DNA from: Octopus vulgaris
Taxonomy: Eukaryota
Length of the DNA: 64,000 nt
Direction of reading: 5' to 3'
Assembly: GCA_951406725.2 (NCBI GenBank)
Contig: OX597814.1
Location: 143,282,001-143,346,000, forward strand
Under the pieces are notes generated by a model, which made no database searches, was not told the origin of the DNA, and saw only the letters and a program-made list of their open reading frames with translations. Each line of letters opens with the position of its first letter. Within the stretch, counting starts at the first letter, position 1. Made by a program: the position numbers and the translations under genes. This document shows, in pieces, positions 50,856-64,000 of the stretch.

Positions 50856-53847
50856 ACTCTGCTTCTATGAAATACAACACGATTTTTGTCCCTGGGCAGC
50901 AGCTGTTATTTCCTACTTGCTTATCCCTAGAAAGTATGAAAAATCGCTGATATTTCCTTCAAAATTTGTTTTTCTCAAACTTGTTTCCACTTGGACAGCT
51001 AAAACGAAATTGAACTGTTGAGTTTTCTATACCTGCCCTTATAATTCCAGCTGTGTCACTAGAACGCTCTTGAAGTTTTTAAAACTTTTAGAAATTTCTC
51101 GAAAGTTCTAGAAATTTCTAGAAAGTTCTATAAAATTCTACTTTAGCAACTTTGCGCAGAATTTATCTGGAATGTAATGGAAAATAGATCAGTTTCGAAA
51201 CAGTGATGTACAGGTCACGAAAGTAAAGTTTTGTAGGGAATAGTTGTCATTTCCTTTGATTTCTAGCTGGAAGCAAATAGGAAACAACACTTACTAACCA
51301 AAGACAAAAAAAAAAGTAAATAAATAAAAATAAAAGTTTTGTTACAGAGTGTAATATTAGTAATCGACCTGGGATTTTGAAGAAACGGAGGAGTCGTTAT
51401 ATCTGTCTCAGTTCTTTATCAAATCCGGAAGGGTGAAAAATAACATTGAACTCAGCACGATTTAAACGTAAAGTACTGTATAATATTTAAAAAATGATAA
51501 TTTCTTCAAACTTTTCCAAAAATAATTATTATTTCTTCATTAAGAAAAATGCTGATTTCAGTAACTATGGCGGTGATCTGGCAGAATTGTTAGTATTCCG
51601 GAAAAAATACTTAACTGCATTTTATCCGTTTTTATGTTCTGAGTTCAAATGCTACCGAGGGCGACTTTGCCTTTTATTCTTCCGAGGTCGATAAAATAGA
51701 TACCAGTTGGACATTTGTATCTTACACCATCTCTCGAAATTGCTGACCCTGTGCCAAAATTTGAAACCAATATTGATTCCAGAAACGAAGATTCGTCATA
51801 TAAATTGAGTAATAAGTATTATCTCATCAATACCAAGTAATATTTTGATAGTTCGATCTACAATCGATTTGAGAGTTTTAGCGCCGATTGCACAGGACAG
51901 TGTATATTTACCTTTAGCCATGTAGAGCTTTTACTAACAATGTACTGGAAAATGAATTATTTTGTATTTAAGAAAAAGAATTATGCTTGATGTCAGACAT
52001 TTAATTTTCTTACTCACTAGAACATTCTCACTCACATGTACGTATACAAGCTAAAAATAAATATCAGAGAGGCTTTGTTATCCTAAGTTGAAACTGCAGC
52101 ATCTTGTACTTTTCAGATTCCTTCCCAGCTTGCCAGTGTTTACACACATACACACACGCAAACGGGCACACACACACAATGTCGAACCACCCTCGATTAT
52201 TACTGGTAACATGTAACCCAGTACAACCTGTCGCATAGTTGGCTCGTCGGCAACTAAACTGGCAACCCCACGAACCTTGCTTGGTGAGTAGATTGATTTG
52301 GGCACTCTGCGGGTTGAAAAGCTAAACCCGTCAAAGGGTTGAAGAACTCGTTAGAGTGAATGGCCATCCATTGAGGAGTTAAACTGAATGACGAAAAACC
52401 CACTAGTTAGGGTCACGGGGAAGTCGTGGAGAGAAGCATAGTGGATGTGAAGTTGGGCGCGTTGATCTTTGTTCGGCGAAACTACACGACACAGTCTGGG
52501 TGTAAGAGCCTCTTCAGCCAAAGGTCAGTCTAGGGTTACCAATCCAGTTCGTAGAGTACTGCCAGCTGATACAACACGCGATTCATCAACTCACTTTAGT
52601 TGCTTAAAGCCACCATAGAGTTCTAAACTTCATAGTATCACCAACTGAAGCCGGATGACGAGAAGAGAAAATATAAATTTATAACACAAGAAGATTGAAT
52701 GAACAGGCTTTAATCCAAATTATAATTGTTTCTGTGCATTAGTAATAGTTGTTGGCTGCAGAGTTTTCCATACTATACATATTATTATATAGATATTATA
52801 AAAATATGATTTAGAAATAGCTGTCTACTCGCAGGTTATCAGGTGAGCAGCTTAGGTGCAGAGTGGTCGAATGGTTAATAAGTCCTCTTTTCAATGACCC
52901 GGTTAGTTTTCGTTCATACTGAGTAATATCTTGAATAAGCATCATATACTATAATCTCGAGCCAACCCATGGTTTGCGATTAAAATTGAGTAGACCTGTG
53001 ATTAAAAGACTCAGGCTTGTCATTCAGTTTCGTACTGATTTTTGTTTGATAGATTGATAGCTACTTTAAGGATACCGATGTCGGAAGAATACTCAGGCAG
53101 TTATGCATTAATCCAAAAAGCTCTACAATTCGGTTGAACAACAGAAAACTCTCTCTCTCTTTCTTCTCTCCCTCCTCACCTCTCTCTCACCCCTCACCCC
53201 AGACACATACATGTATTTAAAAGTTTTCTTAAAAGATTTATCGCAAGTTGCAATTTCTTATGTACGAATTACCTTGTAATATTCGTGTTCGAAAAGCTGA
53301 AAACAGAGAAAAGCGCTTACACAAAAACCTCTTTATTTCAGGTTAGTTTTTATCTACTTTTTAAAGATATTTTATATAATTAATTATTTCTTTTAGTTAA
53401 AGGAAAAAAAGTATTTCTTTCAAATATATATGTGTATCTGTTTCGTTACACACATTTGTGTGTGTGTGTGTGTATGTGTGTGTATTTGTGCGTGTATGCA
53501 GGAGAGAGTGTGTGTGTGTGTGTGTATATGTGTGTGTGTATATGTGTGTGTGTATATGTGTGTGCATGTGTTTAAACATTCGTAGTAGACATGCAGTCAT
53601 CAAATATACTTCTTTCTCTGTAGATTAAATAACTGATGAACAGGCATTTTACATATGTATATATATATATATACATGCATGTATGTAGTATGTATGTATG
53701 TATGCATATGTATGTGCGTGGATATGTATATGTGTGTGCATGTATGTGTTTGCATATGATTGCGCATATGCATATGTATGTATATGCATGTACGTATGTA
53801 TGTGTATATATAATATATATATACATACATACATACATACATACATA

Positions 53848-53909
<62 letters not shown>

Positions 53910-54399
53910 AGATTTTAATGTCATTTTGCGACAACCACCAGATAATGTTATTTAAATGCAATGAATCATCCAAGGTTTTCGAATTTGTTGTTTTCTTCCT
54001 ATAAGAATATAATATTGGAAGCGTCAAGTATTATTAAAATTAGTTTTTTATGGGGTTAGTCTGACCTAACCATTTCGAAGGTTTATTTACAACAATGATA
54101 TCACATTTCGCTGAAGTTTCTCGCCTCTTAAAATTATGTAGTTGAAGATTTTGTCCCAGAGTAGTGATAAAATGTTTGCTTTCTGTTTCTAAATCTTCGC
54201 ACAATGGTTTAATACTCGTCATGGGAATCTAGGAGCCGAATTTGAGCATATGGAGGGAACTTCAAGATGTACTGCACCCTCTTATCTAGGGAGTATGCCA
54301 TGACCTTCACATTAACTGGGACTTTATTCACATTCTGAACAAACTGTCTATTAAATGCTTGTAAGTTTATGGGAAATGTCAATATTATTGAAAAATGTA

Positions 54400-54577
54400 A
54401 GGCGCAAGTGTGCCTGTGTAGTTAGAAAGCTCGCTTTGCGACTACGTGGTTTTAGGGTTCAGTTCCATTGCGAGGCACCTTGGGACAATATCTTCTAAAA
54501 TCCCACCACAACCACAACCTTACAATCAGGGGAGCAGCACCCTAGCCCCTAAGACAATCACCTCATATAAATATATT

Positions 54578-54630
<53 letters not shown>

Positions 54631-54772
54631 ATGTCTGCGTTTGTCTCCCATCCACTGCTTGAACACCGGTCTCGGTTTGTGTACATGCCTGTAACTTAGC
54701 AAAACAGGATGATAGACGTTTTTTCTCAAATAAATAAATAAATAAATAAATAAATAAATAGATAAATAAGGA

Positions 54773-54836
<64 letters not shown>

Positions 54837-54945
54837 AGGAAACAAAGGAAGAAAGAAGTGGATTATGTCTATACGACGTAATCTTCAAGGCAGTGCCGCA
54901 GCATGGCCGCAGTCCGATGATTGAAACAAATAAAAAAATAAAAAT
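54400..54945 (+). mobile_element. SINE B, diverged
   Basis: Head ggcgcaagtgtgcctgtg, tail ccgcagcatggccgcagtccgatgattgaaacaa. Further diverged B copies lie at about 5700-6500, 10099-10190, 24520-24820, 30855-31070, 31905-32160, 41735-42005, 58030-58440 and 61992-62440. Confidence 0.75.
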
Positions 54946-54966
54946 AAAAGAAATATGGGAAAAGTT

Positions 54967-55742
54967 ATTTCTTTATTGCCCACAAGGGGCTAAACATAGA
55001 GGTGACAAACAAGGACAGACAAAGGGATTAAGTCGATTAGATCGACTCTAGTGTGTAACTGGTACTTAATTTATCGACCCCGAAAGGATGAAAGGCAAAG
55101 TCGACCTCGGCGGAATTTGAATTTAGAACGTAGCGGCAGAGGAATTACATATTTCTTTACTAGCCACAAGGGGCTAAACACAGAGAGGACAAACAAGGAC
55201 AGACAAACGGATTAAGTCGATTATATTGACCCCAGTGCGAAACTGTACTTATTTAATCGACCCCGAAAGGATGAAAGGCAAAGTCGACCTCGGCGGAATT
55301 TGAAATCAGAGCGTAGCGGCAGACGAAATACCTATTTCTTTACTACCCACAAGGGGCTAAATACAGAGAGGAGAAGCAAGGACAGACAAACGGATTAAGT
55401 CGATTATATTGACCCCAGCGCGAAACTGGTACTTATTTAATCGACCCCGAAAGGATGAAAGGCAAAGTCGACCTCGGCGGAATTTGAAATCAGAGCGTAG
55501 CGGCAGACGAAATACCTATTTCTTTACTACCCACAAGGGGCTAAATACAGAGAGGAGAAACAAGGACAGATTAAACAGATTAAGTCGATTATATCGACCC
55601 CAGTGCGAAACTGGTACTTATTTAATCGACCCCGAAAGGATGAAAGGCAAAGTCGATCTCGGCGGAATTTGAACTCAGAACGTAGCGGCAGACGAAATAC
55701 CGCTAAGCATTTCGCCCGGCGTACTAACGCTTCTGCCAGCTC
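54967..55742 (-). mobile_element. SINE A tetramer
   Basis: Four ~183-bp head-to-tail units. Only the last retains the 5' head. Confidence 0.92.
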
Positions 55743-56309
55743 AAAAGTAAATAAAGAAAAATTTTATTTGTAATCAGCTTCAGAATGAAACAGGTTTTGT
55801 TTAAATGTTTTCGTGTAGCAAACAATCGTTGACGGAAACGAAGATTTAGGACTGTGGTTTGCAAAGTGGGAAGCACTGCCTTACATGGAGGTGGTGGAAA
55901 GTTCCGGTGTCGAGGGATTTGAAAAAAAATTGGGGTGAGAATATGGTGGTTAGAAGGGGGCGATGGATGTTTAAGCAAACAAAATAAGGGGTTTATTAGG
56001 TTAAGTTTTATTTGAATTTGCTGCAGAAAATGATAAAATGATCTATGTCTGTGATGGTGAGTGGTGGTGGGCGCTAGGAATGTGGCCCAGGCGCCAAAGG
56101 GGTGGTAGCCCTAAAACGTTTGGAAACAACTGATTTAGAAGATAGTAATTCATTTAATGGTTCTGATCAGTGGTTCCCAAAGTGGGCGGTACTGCCCCTC
56201 TGGGAGCAGTGGAAATATCAAGGGTGGAGGAATGAAGAAATTTGGGGCGATAATAGGGTGGTCAAAAGGTGCGTTGATGGATATATAAAGAATAAAGAAC
56301 TTCGGTTAC

Positions 56310-56620
56310 GAATGACCATGGGATTGCACCTAGAAAGTTACCCTCCAAAGTAGAAGTCCGGGAACGGTTGTTTGTGGAAGGCCAGTAGTCGCCTATGCAT
56401 ACCAGCCTGCCCTCGCCACCGATGTCATCCAAGGGAAAGGCAAAGGTCGATACAGCTTGGCACCAGTGACGTTGCAACTCATTTCTACAGATGAGTGAAC
56501 TGAATCAATGTGAAATAAAGTGTCTTGCTCAAGAACTCAACATACGCCCTGGTCCGGGACATCGAACTCACAATTTCACGACTGTAAACCCGATGCTCTA
56601 ACCACTGAGCCATTCTCCTT
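56310..56620 (-). mobile_element. SINE C nested in a hAT-like MITE
   Basis: Colinear with 5896-6190. Confidence 0.85.
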
Positions 56621-57097
56621 CACTATGATGGATGTAAAAACAACAAAATAAAGGGTTGATAAGGTTCAGTTTTATTTGTGAAATACAGTTCTTTTGAATT
56701 TGCTTCAGAAAGTGGTCTATGCTTGTGATGGTGTATAGGAGGGGATACTAGGAACGTGGCACGGATGCTAAGGGGGCGGCAGCCCGAAAATGTTTGGGAA
56801 CAACTAATTTAGAGGATAGTAATTCATTTAATGGTTCTGATCAGTGGTTACCAACTTTTTCACCACTAAGAAACCCTTTCATGTAAATGTATATATCCCA
56901 CGAACCTCTAGCCTTTCTCAGCCGTTTTTTTTAACCTATGGATCCCTTTGATTCCTATTCTACTCCAATGTACCCTCATAGCTAATCAATGTTTGAAAAA
57001 GATCATATATTTTTCTGATTAAACATTATTAGGAATTATATGAAAAAGTTATTAAAATATTTTGTGCATTGTAGAAATATAACCAATTTATTATTAT

Positions 57098-57491
57098 AGC
57101 CCGGCGTTGCTCGGGTTTGTTTTCTTTTCGACCCTTTAGAATTGGAATTTTTGAAAAGTAAAAATTTGCAATATGTAGCTTGTTATTCGCTTTAAGTGAA
57201 CATTTTTCTAGTTGAAATACACCGAAAAATAGCGATACTGCAATCAAAAAATTGTAAAAAAAAATAGGAATTTTTATAGAAAAAAAGCACCTTTTTGATG
57301 TAAATAATTTTTGGTGTTAACATGGTCCGATTTGAATTTTTTCTTCTACGGAATAAAGAGCAAGTTTTCTCCTATCATACTCTCAATTTTGGTTAACTTG
57401 TGCCGCAGGGTCTCGGAAGAGATAGTGTTAGTTGAAGGCTACCAAACCTGCCACACACAGACAACTTCAGCTTTATATATAGAGAGAGAGA
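57098..57491 (-). mobile_element. Non-autonomous Helitron, same family as 13893-14277, nested in a hAT-like MITE
   Basis: Colinear high similarity to 13900-14277. The terminal CTAG is missing. Confidence 0.8.
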
Positions 57492-59693
57492 TTTATAGAT
57501 TTATTGCAAATGAATTTTAGCAATAAAGTCTTATATGGAACCCCACCCACTCGCCAAGTGTCATATGAACCTCAGTTGAGAACCACTGGTTTAACCACTC
57601 AATAGACTAATTACTGGGGCTTTGGTAGAATCCACTGGTCCAAAGTGACGTGGAGCTGAACCCAAATCCACTTGGTTGGCCTATACCTAATATTTTGTAG
57701 CAACCAATGACTTTAAGTCAAATACAATGAAAGGTAAAAACAAAATCTATGGCTTTAAGTCACGACTACACCTAATATTTTTCAATGATATTGGTATTAG
57801 CTAGTTGTTAATTATCAATAATCTAGTTTTCTATATTTCATCTTTCAATTAAAACACACATGTAACTGAATTTTAAAAAATGGTAGGGAATACCGATAGG
57901 ATGCAACAGTCCACTGCTAGATTTATCCCTCTTTATAGCTGATGGTTTACGGTCTTACTATTGATTAGCTGACGCTGCCGCGCTCTCTTTACGCTGATTG
58001 AGCACTCTCTCTGCCTTTAACGTTTATCTTTAACTTGTTGAAGTCATCGGAGTGCAGCCATGCTGGGGCACCGCTTTGAAAAGTTTAGTCGAACAAATCA
58101 ACCCCGGATTTGTTTTTGTTTAAAGCCTGGTACTTATTTTATGAGTTCTTTTTTGCCGAACCGCTAAGTTAGGAGACGTAAAGTGACCAACTCCGGTTGT
58201 CAAGTGGTGGTGGTGGTGGTGGAAGTGGTGGTGATGGTGGGTTGGACAAATGCAAATACTAAGGCACATACACACATACACACATTCATATATACACAAG
58301 GGGCCTCCACACAGTTTCCGTCTCCAGAATTCACTCACAAAGCATTGGTCGGCCCTGGTCCATAACAGAGGGCACTTAAGGTGCGGTGGAGTAGAACTGA
58401 ACCCAAAACCACGTCGTTAAAAGACGAGCTTCTTAACTAGATAATCTGCTGAACCTATAGTCTTAACAATAACTTTATATCAGCTGAGTGAACTGGAGCA
58501 ACATGAAGTAAAGCGCCTTGCTCAAGAACACGACGTTCCTCAGGAATAGGGATCAAACCCACGACCGAATGATCGAGGGGCCAGATGTCTAACCACTGAA
58601 TTTCTTGTTTCTTCATACAACCGAATAGTTACAAGTAACTGAAATTTTACATTTTAAACATCAGCCTTTTAAAATGTTGACTACAGCTCACGGGCCCTGG
58701 GCTCCGAACCACTGGTATTGGTCGTGGGTGCTTCACACAACAGAAGACAAAGGTCAACAACGTCAGTCTTTAAAAATTTTGACCCCAGCTCACGGACCCC
58801 ATGTTGAAGACCTCTGGCTTAGATCGTTGGAGTTGCACTATTTCAGTGGAGGAAGGTCAACAGCTTTAACCTTTCCGTTGGCTTCTGAGACTGGTGAGAG
58901 AAAGGGAGGAAATTATGGCCCTTTAGGTTACTGCAGCAGGAAACAGAGAGGATTACGATATTGAAATACCCCCACACAAGACACGTAATCTGAATATTTG
59001 CAGCAGTAAAGCAACATTTAGAAAGAAGCAAAAGTGAGAAATAAATTTTATGCTAAAACCAGGCACTTTTAACAATAAATAAATAAATAAATAAAAATAA
59101 AAATCATGAATTTATAAATTATATTTTGGCTGATAAGAATTTTTAAGCTTTGTAAAAAAATTTTTTATAACGTTTCCCTTTTTTAAAATTTAAACTACGA
59201 AGTCAAAATAAAATTAGGGGTAAATTAAAAGCAAACAAAATAGAAAAAAAAGGGAGATAATAAATAAATAGGTATATATATATATATATACTTTTTTAAA
59301 TTATATTTTGTTTTTGTTTTTCATTGTATTTGACTTAAAGCCATAGATTGTTACAAAACATCTTTTATGAAAGAGAATATTGTGACTTGAAATCAATAAG
59401 CCTGTCTGTACATGGACCGAGTTTTCTGTGCATATATTTATGTCTATTGATAAAATTTAATCAATACAATTGTACCAAAGAAAATAATATTCATTTACAA
59501 AGTAAATATTGTTCGTGGTTTGTATGTTACATTGATAACTGAAATGAGAAAACATACTTTTCTACGTTATGAAGAACACAAAAGCAACTAACATCAAATG
59601 CATTATTCATGAAGTTTAATTTCTAAGAACCAGATTTTGTGTACAAATAAAGCTGAACCTAATCAAATTTGTTAGTTGTTCTCCGTGGTGTGT

Positions 59694-59740
<47 letters not shown>

Positions 59741-60074
59741 TGTGTGTATGTGTGTGTGTGCGCGTGCGTGCATCTGCCTACGACAGCGTTGATGAGATTC
59801 TAGTGATACGTCAAAGTTAACGAGATTAAATATTTTAAGAGAAACAACATGTATTATTAAGTTTGACTGGAAACTTTCTTTTGTAAACTCGGAATTGTAC
59901 TTTTAAATTTCCTAAAAGAACTGTGACACGTAAAATATGAATTGGAAGAGTAAGTAAAGTTACATTTGCAAAGAACAAACTCGGTTCCCAAAATAGAGAT
60001 TTTTTTGTTGCTATGGCATATGTATAATTAATTAAATTGTTCCTTTATACCGAAAAAGGTTTATGAGTAACATT

Positions 60075-60770
60075 GGGTTCAAATTTTGGCACAAGGCCAG
60101 TCATTTTGGGGGAGGAGCGGTCATTTACGTCGAGCCCAGGGATTAACTGGTACTTATTTTATCGACCCAGAAAGGATGAAGGCAATGTCGACCACGGCGG
60201 AATTTGAACTCAGAACCTGAAGACGGACGATGTGCTGTTTAGCATTTTGCCCGACGCGGTAATGATTCTGCCAGCTCTCCACCTTAGAATTATGAGTAAT
60301 ATGTGTAAACCTCATAAGCAGGGAGCTGGTAGAACGATCAGCACGTCGGGTAAAATTCTTAGCAGCATTTCGTCCGTCTTTACGTTCTAAGTTCAAAATC
60401 CGCCGAGGTCGATTTTGCATTTCATCCTTTCGAGGTCGATAAAATATGTACAAATTGATCATTGGGATCGATATAATCGACTTACACCTTCCCCCGAAAT
60501 TGCTGACTTTATGCCAAAATTTGAAGTCAATATACGTGAACTGTAAGGCGGCAAATTTGCAGAATCGTTAGCACGATGGGTAAAGTGCTTAGCGGCATTT
60601 CTTCCGACTTCACTTCCATAGTTCAAATGCCGACGGGGTCGACTTTCCTTTCATTTTTCGGTTTCGATAAAATAAGTACAAATTGAGCATTGGGGTCGAT
60701 ATAATCGACTTAAGCCCTCCTCTAAAATTGCTGGCCTTGTGCCGAAATTTGAAATCAATATGTGTGAGCT
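60075..60770. mobile_element. Three older SINE A copies (one minus, two plus)
   Basis: The minus copy 60075-60285 is flanked by ttatgagtaa repeats (60061, 60291). Plus copies lie at about 60320-60530 and 60547-60760. Confidence 0.82.
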
Positions 60771-60951
60771 GTAAAACTACCGGTATTTGGATGTAGCTTT
60801 AGTTGGTTTGAGGTGACTCGAAATGCATCCATGCTTCTTGAGCAATACTAGCCTGCAAGGGCTGTTAGCCGACGATCACACTCCTTACTACCACCTGGTC
60901 CTTGGCTGGATATTCTAGCGGAATCTACTACGTTGCGCATGGCCGAGTGAT

Positions 60952-61290
60952 GCTGCATGACTCAGTGGTTAGAGCATCGGGTTCACAATCATGAGGTAGT
61001 GAGTTCGATTCTTGGACCGGGTTGTGTGTGTCGTGGTTTTAAGCAAGACACTTTATTTTTCACTTTGCTCCAGTTCACTCAGCTGTAGAAATGAGTTGCA
61101 ACGTCATTGGTACCAAGATGTATCGGCCTTTGCCTTTTCTTTAGATAACATCAGTGGCGTGGAGAGAAGAGGCTGGTATGCATGGGCGACTGCTGGTCTT
61201 CCATAAACAACCTTGTCCAGACTTGTACCTCGGAGGTTAACCTTTTAGGTACAATCCCATGGTTATTCATGACCGAAGAGGGTCTTTACA
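60952..61290 (+). mobile_element. SINE C, full length
   Basis: gcatgactcagtggttagagc (A-box), gagttcgattc (B-box), body the reverse complement of the 5896-6190 copy. Confidence 0.88.
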
Positions 61291-62150
61291 CTTTTACCCT
61301 ATGATGTTGTATATATTCAGAGTAGGCCTGCAGTTTTAGACTAAGAGGATAGCTCTATGATCGTAATGAGGCGATTTGAGGTTGCTGTTTAGAGGCTAAG
61401 GATTTGCCAAAAGCTGATTGAACATTCAGCCTGTTTAATTGACAGTACTACATAGCATTGCAGGCAAAAACGTGCGCGCATTTGGAAATATAGATATACT
61501 GAGAGAAAGAATGGGAGAGGGATGGAAAGATACATAACAATTTATTAACTGAACACAATTGACATAAAGACTTACAGTCTCCTTATACACATAGAGGTAT
61601 AGTTCATAGACATAAATGAGAGAGGGGGAGGGAGGAAGAGGGAGCAGAGAGGGAGAAAGATGGAACAGAGAGGGGGAAAAGTGACGGACGGAAGGAGAAA
61701 ACGAAACATTAAAACGTCTCATGTCAAATAAGTCAGAATCAAATGATCGACGCCAAATAAGAGGCGCCAAATTGGCCATGCCAAAACGTCTCATATCCTA
61801 CAATTATACACTGTTTTCTACTACAGTAATTCATGAGTCAAGCTTTCTTTCTCCATTCTTCCCTTCTTTCTTACCAGTTCCAAGGGATCTCATAAAGATG
61901 ATAGCCACTGTCTTTTCATCAACGGTAGTGTTTCGATTTTTTGTTGTATTTATTGGAGATGAAGCTACGTAATTATTTTATGTGAACATATAGGCGGAGA
62001 TATGAATTTGTAGATGAGACACTCGCTTAAAACCATGTGCTTTCAGGTTAAATCCCATACTACAGCATTTCTACTGTAGCCCCTGGATGAGAAATGCCTT
62101 ATGAGTGAAGTTGGTACACGAAAACAGTATAGGAAACCATTGTGAGTGTA

Positions 62151-62263
<113 letters not shown>

Positions 62264-62681
62264 GTATACAAAAAATGGAACAAGAACGCAACAGACGACG
62301 ATAAAACATCAGGACAGATATACGATACAAAGACGGACAGGAAAAAAACAAGGACGAGTCATTCATGGCCTTCTCTCCTCAATCACGGTGCACCAGGATG
62401 GCCGCAGTCCAGTGACTGAAACAAGCAACAGAATAAAAGAATATGGACGTGGAATATTCCTGTACTTAAGTTATTTCAATGAAAGCGTGTTGCATAGTAA
62501 CGAAGGTGTTATACTCGCTACAGCAGGGTCATGGTTTCGATACCTGATTTGTGCAAGGAGTTGTAATCTCGAGCAAAGCACTTCATTTCACGTTGCACCA
62601 CTTAAATCAGCCTGTAAATGAGTTACACTGTGACGGACATAGTTCTGAGTCCAAGAACTCGAGACAGTAATGACCAAGTGT

Positions 62682-62715
<34 letters not shown>

Positions 62716-63650
62716 GGTGGTGGTGGTGGTGATAGTGATGGTGATGTTGGTGGGGATGATGGTAATGATAGTGATGACGATGATGATGATGAGGATGATG
62801 AGGATGATGAGGATAATGATGATGATGATGATGATGGTGATGTGGTGAAGATGGTGATGGTGATGATGATGTGTTATTTCGCATCTGTAAAGATCTATAA
62901 AGACTGTATATATGTGCATATAGAAAACAGTTATTCAGGCCTCTGTGAGTCAGAATTGATTACATAGCTACACCTAATATATGGGGTGAGGTAACAGAAT
63001 CGTTAGGCACATCGGACAAAATGCTTAACGGCATTTCGTCCAATCTATAGCCCTAGGCTGGTTCTTTTTCTTTTATTGAGCCTGTAGGGAGGGAAAACAA
63101 AGTTAACCTCAGCAGGGTTTGAACCGAAAACGCAGAGAGGTGGAGCTGCGAGGAATTTTACCAAATTATTTATATATTTAAACATGTCTTTAAATAGAAT
63201 ATTCTAAACAGTTTCAAATTCATTTGCTTTTAATTACAAAGAAATATAGGCGAGCAAAAGAAGTTTCATTTCTGTGGAATAGGTTATTTGATTTATGATA
63301 TACTTATAATTTAATGTGAAAAGAAATATCTCATTTCTTCCTAAGGAGTCTTGCCTTTTTTGACACAAAAATAAAATCCTAGGAGGAAACTAGAGTCGAG
63401 AAAGTTAATAATTTTACATCCTTACATGAGTGATATTTATTAATTTGCAGATTCTAGTATTAGTTATCGATTAATTTATCAAAAAATATCTATTTGTATA
63501 TGAAAACGTTTGTGAAATTTCAAATACTGTTCTTTATTACATTCTCATTTAAAATGGCTTCATTGACATATTTTCAATTAAGTTGTATTTTTCTCAATGT
63601 TATAAATAGTAGAACAAATTAAGGTTTACCAATGCCAAGTTCCTGAATGC

Positions 63651-63712
<62 letters not shown>

Positions 63713-63805
63713 TAATAATGAAACTTTTTATATATGTTAGTTGCTAAGGTGAGATCATATAAAGACTATTAGTTTTGAAACTTGTTTTATATTATTTTCT
63801 TTCAG

Positions 63806-63879
63806 GAAATGAAAATTTAAAGTTCTTTATCAGAATTCCTGACAGGTGTCTGAGGATAACGGAAAACTATATCATTATG
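63806..63879 (+). CDS. Candidate internal exon (74 nt) of an unidentified host gene
   Basis: Strong polypyrimidine acceptor attattttctttcag, donor G|gtattt, and an open frame NENLKFFIRIPDRCLRITENYIIM in non-repetitive flanks. No family recognised. Confidence 0.35.
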
Positions 63880-64000
63880 GTATTTTTTTCTTCTGTTACA
63901 TTCTTTAAAATTCTTCAATAAAACAAAATTGTTGGTGTCTACTCTAAAGTACTTTTGAAAGTCGTACAATTATAACTTGATAAATTCACATACTTAACTG

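Larger units (their letters stand above)
55852..57588. mobile_element. Three consecutive hAT-like MITEs (55852-56132, 56168-56806, 56842-57588)
   Basis: cagtggtt(c/t)..aa and tt..gaac(a/c)actg-type termini. The first has an 8-bp TSD atttagga/atttagaa, the second hosts SINE C, the third hosts a Helitron. Confidence 0.75.

Noticed and set aside
60952-61030. tRNA-like sequence with A and B boxes
   Set aside because: It is the head of SINE C, continuing into the SINE body without an acceptor stem or terminator.

Overview
AT-rich, repeat-saturated eukaryotic non-coding DNA. The SINE families and extreme (TA)n/(CA)n/(TATG)n load suggest a cephalopod (Octopus-like) intron or intergenic region; this is inference. 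No intact protein-coding gene is visible, and almost all listed ORFs are microsatellite or antisense-SINE artefacts. Supported content: three tRNA-headed SINE families (labelled A, B, C here; dozens of copies, several as head-to-tail multimers), a near full-length but dead mellifera-type mariner (46819-48000), a decayed DD37D-type Tc1/mariner, RTE- and R4-like LINE fragments, non-autonomous Helitrons, hAT-like and other MITEs, and one candidate 74-nt exon near the right end. The most unusual object is a ~225-nt GC-rich, highly structured insert (about 23333-23558) that splits a dead R4-like LINE. It carries hammerhead-ribozyme core elements in correct pairing register but in a non-circularly permuted order, with helix II unresolved. 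Other observations: Penelope-type mini-hammerhead relics, a possible HDV-like ribozyme relic, several perfect fold-back or templated duplications, and a MITE flanked by a 35-bp direct repeat. Repeat boundaries are read by eye and are approximate unless termini are quoted.
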